Assembly: GCA_965261345.1 (NCBI GenBank)
Contig: OZ253449.1
Coordinates: 416,001-480,000, forward strand
Direction: 5' to 3'
From: Chloroflexota bacterium
GTDB taxonomy: Bacteria; Chloroflexota; UBA11872; VXNJ01
DNA: 64,000 nucleotides
Positions 57,035-64,000 of this stretch are shown one piece after another; positions within the stretch are counted from its first letter, which is position 1, and the number at the start of each line of letters is the position of its first letter. The notes under the pieces were generated by a model. It searched no databases. It saw nothing but the letters and a program-made list of their open reading frames with translations, and was not told the DNA's origin. The translations under genes were made by a program, and so were the position numbers.

Positions 57035-58237
57035 ATGTCAATTAAAGTTAGCGACCTGCAACCGGCCGAGCAGGATCGGGCCCTGGCCCTCATGAGCGAA
57101 TGCTCTGCCGGCGAGAGCCCCGCTTACTTCCGGAGATTCCACCAACTGTTTACGGGCGGGCGGCCACACCTTGCCCTGATCGCCAGCATCTCCGGGCAAA
57201 TGGCCGGATACCTGGAGGGGCACGAACGGGCCCACAATTTCGGCGACGGACAGATCCCCACCGCCAACATCGGGGCGATCTGTACCGCTGAGCGCTTCCG
57301 CCGGCAAGGCGTCGCCCGGGCCTTGCTAGCGGAGGCGTTGAGCCGGATTGACGGACGCCGCCATCCTCTGACCGGGATACACGCCGCCGTCCCCGAACTC
57401 TATGCCGCGTTTGGGTTTGTCGCGGTCCCATCCTCACATCTTGAGGTAATGGTTGGCGACACCCCGCCAGCCCCGGCGCGCGGATTTTCCTTTACGCCGG
57501 TTGAGGCCGGGAACCGGGACGAGCTCGATGAACTCTACGACTTATTTCGGCGTGACAACCGGCAATTGATCGGTCCGCTTGATCGATCGCGGCGGTACTT
57601 TGACGGCCAGCATGCCTGGATGGCCTGCCTGCCCCGTCAGTCGTATTGGGAAACCATCCGGCAGATGGGTCGTCCGGTCGGGTATCTGCGTTACCGGCTT
57701 GTCGACGACCGACTGGAACTGCTTGAGGTAATTTCCAGCGGGCGCGAACGCGGACGGGCGGCGGCGGCGCGCCTATTGCAAATTGCCAAGCTCGCCGGCG
57801 CCGGGTGTATCGTCGGCCGGATCGCCCCCAACGCCCCGGTGGTCGGCATGCTTGGCGAAATGGCTGATCTGGAGATTTCCCAACGGAACGAACACATGTT
57901 CCGGATCAACGACCTGCACCGATTGCTCTCGGTAGTCGAACCGGAGATACTGGCGCGCCGGCGCAGAATCACCGTCCCGGCAGGTGCGCTCAACCTGCGG
58001 ATCGGGAGTGAGTTGATTGGGCTGGAGTTTCCCTCAGCCGAGGTCCGGTTCGGCGAACCCGACCATTCCCGATCGACCGTGGAATTGAGCAACCAACAGT
58101 TTCTAGCGCTGCTCTTGGGCTGCCCGGGCAGCAATCGAGCGTTGCCACGGAGCGGGATGCGGGCTGACAGTTTGGCCCAGTTGCAGGTGATCTTTCCAGA
58201 GAACGGTTGGGTCGTCTGGGGCGCCGATCACTACTAG
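57035..58237 (+). CDS. GNAT acetyltransferase, Eis-like architecture (GNAT-GNAT-SCP2-like)
   Basis: IGAICT-FRRQGVARAL acetyl-CoA motif, LYAAFGF, a second GNAT-like half (VGYLRY), MFRIND and a C-terminal D-x-Y. Confidence 0.85.
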   Translation: MSIKVSDLQPAEQDRALALMSECSAGESPAYFRRFHQLFTGGRPHLALIASISGQMAGYLEGHERAHNFGDGQIPTANIGAICTAERFRRQGVARALLAEALSRIDGRRHPLTGIHAAVPELYAAFGFVAVPSSHLEVMVGDTPPAPARGFSFTPVEAGNRDELDELYDLFRRDNRQLIGPLDRSRRYFDGQHAWMACLPRQSYWETIRQMGRPVGYLRYRLVDDRLELLEVISSGRERGRAAAARLLQIAKLAGAGCIVGRIAPNAPVVGMLGEMADLEISQRNEHMFRINDLHRLLSVVEPEILARRRRITVPAGALNLRIGSELIGLEFPSAEVRFGEPDHSRSTVELSNQQFLALLLGCPGSNRALPRSGMRADSLAQLQVIFPENGWVVWGADHY

Positions 58238-58282
58238 TGGCAAGGATCGACAAAACGCCAATCATAGAATTTTTGCCAATGC

Positions 58283-58310
58283 CTCAATCGGAAACTTTCC
58301 AATTATTGAG
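58283..58310. promoter_or_regulatory. Palindromic candidate operator upstream of the peroxiredoxin
   Basis: GGAAA-C-TTTCC core flanked by CTCAAT and ATTGAG in an AT-rich patch before the AAGGAG RBS. Confidence 0.45.
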
Positions 58311-58333
58311 AGCAGTTTTATAAAGGAGATGCA

Positions 58334-58786
58334 ATGTCGTTAAACATCGGAGATATGGCGCCGGACTTCGAACTCTCGAACGGAGCTGGCGAAAAAGTCA
58401 AGCTTTCTGACTTCCGCGGCCAGAAAGTCGTAGTCGTCTTTTATCCGCTCGCTTTTTCGGGAATTTGCCAGAACGAAATGGTCGACTACAACTCCAAGGC
58501 CGACCAGATCCGGGCCAACGGGGCCAAAGTTCTTGGGATATCGGTTGACAGCCATTTTGCAGTCGGAGCATTTTCCGATGCACTGGGATTGGACGAATCG
58601 ATTACTCTGCTCTCAGATTTTCATGCCCATTCGGCCGGCCAAGCCTACGGAGCCTACAACGCGGAGTTGGGCATCCATGAGCGCTTAACGGTCGTAGTCG
58701 ACGAAGATGGCCGGATCATTTACAAGGTTCACAACGCCCCGCTCGAGCGCCGTGACGAGAGCGAGGCGCTAGCCGCCCTAAAATAA
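58334..58786 (+). CDS. 1-Cys peroxiredoxin (AhpC/TSA family, AhpE-like)
   Basis: [28 protein letters not shown] and catalytic Arg (ER). Only one Cys. Confidence 0.92.
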   Translation: MSLNIGDMAPDFELSNGAGEKVKLSDFRGQKVVVVFYPLAFSGICQNEMVDYNSKADQIRANGAKVLGISVDSHFAVGAFSDALGLDESITLLSDFHAHSAGQAYGAYNAELGIHERLTVVVDEDGRIIYKVHNAPLERRDESEALAALK

Positions 58787-58818
58787 CCGGCCCGAACCGG
58801 TCCGGTCTGCCGACCGGG

Positions 58819-61299
58819 TCAGTTCAAGCAATTAGCCGCTTCAGCCGATTTGGCCAGGTGCTTGAAGCGGCCATTCTCGGCGTCTACTAGCAGGACCATT
58901 CCTTCAGCCAGTTCGGTCGCCAATAGCATCTGGGCGGCTGGGTTTTCAATGCGTCGCCGGATCGCCCGAGCCATTGGACGGGCGCCGTACTCTGGGTCCC
59001 AACCCTCAGTTAGCAATAGATCGCGGGCCGCTGCCGAAATCTCCAGCGCAACCCCGCGTTCGGCCAGGCGTTCCCGCAGCGCCGACAACTGGACCTCAAC
59101 CACTTCGGCCACTTCGGCTCGGGTAAGCATTCGAAAGATGATGATCTCATCGACGCGATTGAGAAATTCGGGTGGGAAGTGCCGTCGCAAACGCCCCAGA
59201 AGCGAGGTGCGCAATTGCTCGTGGTCGGGATGCCCGTCGGTATCGGGCAGGCCGAACCCGACTTGATCGCGGCGCACCAGCTGGGCCACACCGACATTGG
59301 AAGTCATGATGATGATCGTGTTGCGAAAATCGACCGTGCGGCCCTGGCCATCGGTTAACCGTCCCGCATCCAGAACCTGCAACAAGGTGTTTATCACCTC
59401 GGGATGGGCTTTTTCGATCTCATCGAAAAGGATTACCTGGTAAGGTCGCCGGCGAACTGTTTCTGACAGCTGGCCGCCCTCACCGTAACCGACGTAGCCC
59501 GGTGGCGCGCCGATCAGGCGTGAGACGGTATGGCGCTCGCCGTATTCGGACATATCAACCCGCACCATCGCGTCGGGGTCATCGAACATGAACTGCGCCA
59601 GTTGCCGCGCCAATTCGGTCTTGCCCACCCCGGTCGGACCCAGGAAGACGAATGACCCCATCGGCCGGTTGGGATCAGATAACCCCGAACGCGAGCGCCG
59701 CAGGGCGTCGGCGACCGCGGTTACTGCCTCGTCCTGACCGATAAGTCGATTGTGGATGGCCTCTTCGATGCGCAGGAGCTTTCGTTTTTCCCCTTCCAGC
59801 ATCGATGAAATCGGCACTCCGGTGGCCTCGGAGACTACCGCCGCTATGTCATCGGCGGTCACCTCCTCGGAGATGTTCTTTTCCGCCAACCAGGCCGCCC
59901 GTTGTTCGGCAAATTGGTCGCGTTGCCGGATCGCTTCCGACTTGTAGTTGGCCGCCTCCTCGTACTGGCGATTTTGCCAGGCCTCCTCCTCGCGGCCTTC
60001 CAACTCCCGCACCTTGCTCTCGAGGGCGTGCAATTCCTCCGGCATGTTGAAGATCTGCAACCGCAGTTTCGCGGCCGCCTCGTCCATCAGGTCGATCGCC
60101 TTGTCGGGCAGGAAACGATCGGTCACATAGCGGCTGGAGAGGCGGGCGGATTGTTCAATCGCTGCATCGGAAATCTTGAGCCGGTGGTGCTCCTCGTACT
60201 TGGGCCGCAGTCCGTGCAGGATCGCGATCGCCGCTTCCAGGTCGGGTTGGTCGACAAAAACCTGCTGGAAGCGCCGCGCAAGCGCCCGGTCGCGTTCAAT
60301 GTGGCGTCGGAACTCATCCAACGTGGTGGCCCCGACGACCTGTAATTCTCCGCGCGAGAGGGCCGGTTTGAGCAGATTGGCGGCGTCGATCGCCCCCTCG
60401 GCCGCACCGGCGCCGACGACATTGTGAAGCTCATCGATGAACAGGATCACGTTGCCGCGCGAATTGATCACTTCCTCGATTACCGATTTGAGACGGTCCT
60501 CAAATTCCCCCCGGAATTTGGACCCGGCCAGCATTTGACCGATGTCTAACACCAACACCCGGCGACCGGTCAGCAACTCGGGAACGTGACCGTCAACGAT
60601 GCGCTGGGCCAACCCCTCGACAATTGCGGTCTTGCCAACGCCGGGTTCCCCGATCAGTACCGGGTTGTTCTTGGTCCGACGCGAGAGAATCCGCATCACC
60701 CGGTCGATTTCGACCTGGCGACCCACCACCGGGTCGATCTGCCCCCGGCGGGCCAGCGCGGTTAGGTCGACACTGTAGCGATCGAGCGCCCCGTAACGGG
60801 TTTCGGCGGTCTTGGACGAGGCGTCCTGCGATCCGCGCAAGGACCGGATCGCCGCGAGCGCCTTTTGTCGGGTGCAGCCGAGTTCAAGCAGGATCTTGGA
60901 GGCCGGCGCCTCGCGCAGGGAGATTACCGCCAGGATGAGGTGTTCGGTGGAGATATAGCTGTCGGAGAGCTGATCTGCCTCTTCGGTTGCGCGGTCGAGC
61001 AGTTGCTTGGTCTGCGGGGTGATATATATCTGCTCCACTGACGAGTTGCCGCGCCGTTCGGTACCGGCCACCTTGGCCTTGCGGTCCAGGAGCCCGTTGA
61101 TCCGTGAGCGAACGAAGTCGGGATTAACGCGCAGGCGCTGGAGGATCCGCACCGCGGTCGAGTCACGGGTCTCGAGCAGCGAAAGCAGGATGTGTTCGGA
61201 ATCTAGCTCCACGTGACCCAATTCGCCCTTGATCCGATTGGCGCCCACGATTACTTCCTGGGCCTTCTCGGTCAGGCGTCCAAAACCAGCATCTGCCAT
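58819..61299 (-). CDS. clpC: Class I Clp/Hsp100 ATPase, ClpC-like
   Basis: Double Clp-N domain (EHILL, EHLIL), GEPGVGKT and GPTGVGKT Walker A motifs, short middle domain and a VGF loop. Confidence 0.85.
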   Translation of the reverse strand: MADAGFGRLTEKAQEVIVGANRIKGELGHVELDSEHILLSLLETRDSTAVRILQRLRVNPDFVRSRINGLLDRKAKVAGTERRGNSSVEQIYITPQTKQLLDRATEEADQLSDSYISTEHLILAVISLREAPASKILLELGCTRQKALAAIRSLRGSQDASSKTAETRYGALDRYSVDLTALARRGQIDPVVGRQVEIDRVMRILSRRTKNNPVLIGEPGVGKTAIVEGLAQRIVDGHVPELLTGRRVLVLDIGQMLAGSKFRGEFEDRLKSVIEEVINSRGNVILFIDELHNVVGAGAAEGAIDAANLLKPALSRGELQVVGATTLDEFRRHIERDRALARRFQQVFVDQPDLEAAIAILHGLRPKYEEHHRLKISDAAIEQSARLSSRYVTDRFLPDKAIDLMDEAAAKLRLQIFNMPEELHALESKVRELEGREEEAWQNRQYEEAANYKSEAIRQRDQFAEQRAAWLAEKNISEEVTADDIAAVVSEATGVPISSMLEGEKRKLLRIEEAIHNRLIGQDEAVTAVADALRRSRSGLSDPNRPMGSFVFLGPTGVGKTELARQLAQFMFDDPDAMVRVDMSEYGERHTVSRLIGAPPGYVGYGEGGQLSETVRRRPYQVILFDEIEKAHPEVINTLLQVLDAGRLTDGQGRTVDFRNTIIIMTSNVGVAQLVRRDQVGFGLPDTDGHPDHEQLRTSLLGRLRRHFPPEFLNRVDEIIIFRMLTRAEVAEVVEVQLSALRERLAERGVALEISAAARDLLLTEGWDPEYGARPMARAIRRRIENPAAQMLLATELAEGMVLLVDAENGRFKHLAKSAEAANCLN

Positions 61300-61371
61300 T
61301 TCAATCTCTCCAAAGGCTGGGAACGGCGGTCGCCAGACCCCCGATTGCAGTCCGCACGCTGGATAACACCC

Positions 61372-61782
61372 CTATTGGGTTGCCCGCCGGAGCATGCGCT
61401 TGAGGCGGGCTATTTCGCTGTACAGGCGATTTAGCTCGCGCTTGTGGGCGAGCGCTTGTTCGTCCAGCTCGATTCGCTGTTGGCGGCGCAGCTGATCCGC
61501 CTGATCATGCAGGTCCAAAATTATCTCCACACCCGACAGATTTGCGCCCTCGTCCTGGGTCAGTTCCCGGATCCGCCGCACTCGCTGCACATCTCGCATC
61601 GAATACATCCGCACCGCTCCGCCGGAGCGGATCGGGTTGACCAGACCCATGCGCTCATAGTGGCGCAGCGTCTGCGGATGGGTGCCGGTCATCTGCGCGA
61701 CAACCCCGATGAAAAAGCCCTTGATGTCGATGTCGTCGCCTCGGACTGGCCGCGTGGCGGGATCAGAATCGTCAGTGCGCAT
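61372..61782 (-). CDS. hspR: MerR-family heat-shock repressor
   Basis: IGVVAQMTGTHPQTLRHYER..GL, RMYS and GANLSGV. Directly after dnaK-grpE-dnaJ. Confidence 0.88.
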   Translation of the reverse strand: MRTDDSDPATRPVRGDDIDIKGFFIGVVAQMTGTHPQTLRHYERMGLVNPIRSGGAVRMYSMRDVQRVRRIRELTQDEGANLSGVEIILDLHDQADQLRRQQRIELDEQALAHKRELNRLYSEIARLKRMLRRATQ

Positions 61783-62731
61783 CGGCGGTCTCCGGGATCT
61801 CCCCGCGCAGCTTGCCCAATTCCAAGATCAGCGAGCGCTGTTCCTCGGTCAAGCCCTTAGGGGTAGTAACGTTCACCTTTACGAACAGATCGCCGCGGTC
61901 AGGCTTGCCCATCACCGGCAGGCCCTTGCCGCGCAGGCGCAGGCGCGATCCTTGGGAAACCTCGGGCGGAACCTGAACCCGAAGGGTCTGGCCGTCCAGA
62001 GTTGACACCAACGCCGAAGTCCCCAGCGCAGCGGCCGTCATCGAGATTTCGATTTCGGTCTCAAGATCGGCGCCCAGCCGGCGCACGTCGGCGTGATCTA
62101 GAACATTTACTTTTAGGAATAGGTCGCCGCGGGTCGAATCGGGTCGCACGCCGCCCTCGCCGGCCAGGCGGATCCGCGCGCCGGGTCGCACTCCGGCCGG
62201 GATTTTCACCCGCAGACGGCGGGTCGCCGCCCCGCCCGCGCCGTCGGGCGAACGAACCAAGATTATCCGCACCGAGCCGTTTAGAACCTCCTGCAAGGTC
62301 ACGTCGATCTCGTGCGAAACGTCGGCGGCCAGACTACCTCGGACGGACCCGGGACGCGACCGCGCCGGTCCCTGGCCGCCAAAGAGCTGCTCGAAAAATT
62401 GGGAAAAGCCGGTCCCTGGACCAAACGGCACTGCTCCGGCGAACCCACCGCCGCCAAATCCGGCCTGGTGCATCGCCGATTCATACGAACCGCTCTGGCG
62501 GTATGCGTTGCCGAAGCGGTCGTAGCGCGCCTTTTTTTCCGGGTCGGAGAGGACCTGGTGGGCCTCATTGACCTCCTTGAAGCGATCCTCGGCCGCGCTG
62601 TCGCCGGGATTGGCGTCCGGGTGGTACTTGCGGGCCAGACGGCGATACGCGCGTTTGATCTCGTCAGCGCCGGCCGACCGCTCCAGCCCGAGAACCCGGT
62701 AATAGTCTTTGTACTCCACCGTCGCGGCCAC
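61772..62731 (-). CDS. DnaJ class B (CbpA-like, no zinc finger)
   Basis: YKDYY, HPD, G/F region, GFSQFFEQLFG and RLRGKGLP. No CxxCxGxG repeats. Confidence 0.93.
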   Translation of the reverse strand: MAATVEYKDYYRVLGLERSAGADEIKRAYRRLARKYHPDANPGDSAAEDRFKEVNEAHQVLSDPEKKARYDRFGNAYRQSGSYESAMHQAGFGGGGFAGAVPFGPGTGFSQFFEQLFGGQGPARSRPGSVRGSLAADVSHEIDVTLQEVLNGSVRIILVRSPDGAGGAATRRLRVKIPAGVRPGARIRLAGEGGVRPDSTRGDLFLKVNVLDHADVRRLGADLETEIEISMTAAALGTSALVSTLDGQTLRVQVPPEVSQGSRLRLRGKGLPVMGKPDRGDLFVKVNVTTPKGLTEEQRSLILELGKLRGEIPETADAH

Positions 62732-62734
62732 CTC

Positions 62735-63211
62735 CTATTGCGGCGGACCCGCGACGCGGACCTGGGTCGGCCGCAAAACCACCGAACCGAACTGGTAGCC
62801 GTCGCGCACGACATCAACTATCTGGCCTTCCACTGCATCCGCCCGTTCGACCACCGCCAGAACCTCGTGCAGGTGCGGGTCGAACTGACCTGAGGCCTGA
62901 ATAAGCGCCAGCCCGGCTCGTTGGAGGGCCTCGACCAGCTGAGCTCGCACCAGCCCCACCCCCACCGTGAACTGATCGCGCTCAGGGTCGGCCGCCAGCA
63001 ACGCTCGGTCCAGGCTGTCGAGCACAGGCAGAAGTTCAAGCAAAAGCGCCTGGCGGGCTCCGGCGACGGCGTCGTGCTGGCGCCGCGCGGCCCGTCGCAG
63101 CAAGTTTTCCTGGTCGGCTTGCAGGCGCAGCACCTGATCCTGCAATTGGGCCAGGCGCTCTGGCCCCTCGGGCAGTGGTTCGGCCGTGGTCCTAACCGGT
63201 TCAACGGTCAT
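62735..63211 (-). CDS. grpE: Nucleotide exchange factor GrpE (copy 2, short)
   Basis: RLQADQEN, LLPVLDSLDRAL, FDPHLHE and GYQFGSVVLRP. Confidence 0.92.
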   Translation of the reverse strand: MTVEPVRTTAEPLPEGPERLAQLQDQVLRLQADQENLLRRAARRQHDAVAGARQALLLELLPVLDSLDRALLAADPERDQFTVGVGLVRAQLVEALQRAGLALIQASGQFDPHLHEVLAVVERADAVEGQIVDVVRDGYQFGSVVLRPTQVRVAGPPQ

Positions 63212-63214
63212 TGC

Positions 63215-64000
63215 TTACTTACTCTCGTCATCGGCGGTCGAAAACTCGGCATCGACCACATCGTCGCCATCTTCACGCTGGCTCTCGTCCGCCGCGCCAT
63301 TGTCGCTGGGCGGCCTGTCCGGATTGGCCGCCTGGTAAACCCGTTGGCCAATTTCCATCTGGCGCTGAGTAAGGGCCTCCGCCTGGCTCCGCAACTGGGC
63401 CAAGTCGGGCGCTTCTTGGGAAAGCAGCGCCCGCAGGTCGGCAATCTGCTTTTCGATTTCGGATTTCTCGTCGCCGGCTAATTTGTCAGTGTTTTCATTG
63501 ACCAGCCGCTCGAGTTGGTAGGCGGTGGTGTCGGCCTGGTTGCGCAGGTCGGCCAGCTCCCGACGATCGCGGTCCTCCTTGGCGTGTTTTTCGGCGTCCT
63601 TTACCAAGGCATCGATCTGGTCGTGATCAAGATTGGTGGAGGCCGTGATCGTAATCTTTTGCTCCTTGCCGGTCCCGGTGTCCTTGGCCTTGACGTTTAC
63701 GATCCCGTTTACGTCGATATCGAAGGTGACCTCGATCTGCGGAACTCCGCGCGGGGCAGCGGGGATGCCTTCCAGGCGGAAACGGCCCAGCGTCATGTTG
63801 TCGGCGGCCATTGCCCGCTCGCCTTGGAGGACGTGAATGTCAACCGCCGTCTGTCCGTCTTCGGCGGTGGAAAACACCTCGGTTTTTGACGTTGGGATGG
63901 TCGTATTGCGTTCGATCAGGGTGGTCTTGACCGAGCCGAGGGTCTCAAGGCCGAGCGATAGCGGGGTCACATCGAGCAGAACCACATCGCGCACCTCGCC
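63215..64000 (-). CDS. dnaK: Chaperone DnaK, C-terminal part (5' end outside window)
   Basis: [37 protein letters not shown] and VVDAEF tail. Confidence 0.98.
   Translation of the reverse strand, partial: GEVRDVVLLDVTPLSLGLETLGSVKTTLIERNTTIPTSKTEVFSTAEDGQTAVDIHVLQGERAMAADNMTLGRFRLEGIPAAPRGVPQIEVTFDIDVNGIVNVKAKDTGTGKEQKITITASTNLDHDQIDALVKDAEKHAKEDRDRRELADLRNQADTTAYQLERLVNENTDKLAGDEKSEIEKQIADLRALLSQEAPDLAQLRSQAEALTQRQMEIGQRVYQAANPDRPPSDNGAADESQREDGDDVVDAEFSTADDESK

Noticed and set aside
58334-58786. Selenocysteine in the peroxiredoxin
   Set aside because: The peroxidatic codon is TGC and the ORF is uninterrupted.

Overview
GC-rich (roughly 60-65% by eye) bacterial core-genome window. It is most consistent with a Chloroflexota lineage, an inference from the large coiled-coil insertion in RpoC, the gene order and the ribosomal-protein sequences. 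About 28 kb (18.1-46.4 kb, minus strand) is the rpoB-rpoC-str-S10-spc-alpha-truA-rplM-rpsI supercluster. The left arm carries proA (partial)/proB, a degenerate second EF-G, xylA, acs, an enolase-superfamily dehydratase, a divergent TrkH/KtrB, a PlsY-like protein and a TPR / tandem sulfatase-like / cytochrome c cluster. The right arm carries two heat-shock clusters (grpE-dnaJ-prmA-mtaB-HIT and dnaK-grpE-dnaJ-hspR-clpC-like), miaB, two beta-propeller lipoproteins, an Eis-like acetyltransferase and a peroxiredoxin. I saw no rRNA, tRNA, CRISPR array or mobile element. The most notable observations are: (i) two tandem alkaline-phosphatase-superfamily genes with Thr in place of the formylglycine Cys/Ser, sharing a 50-nt perfectly identical tract; (ii) a promoter plus a long nested hairpin leader where map normally sits upstream of infA; (iii) a ClpC-type ATPase in the usual ClpB slot behind hspR; (iv) a Tat-like lipoprotein whose signal peptide needs a non-canonical ATC start; (v) TAG as the dominant stop codon. 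All calls are by eye, without database searches.
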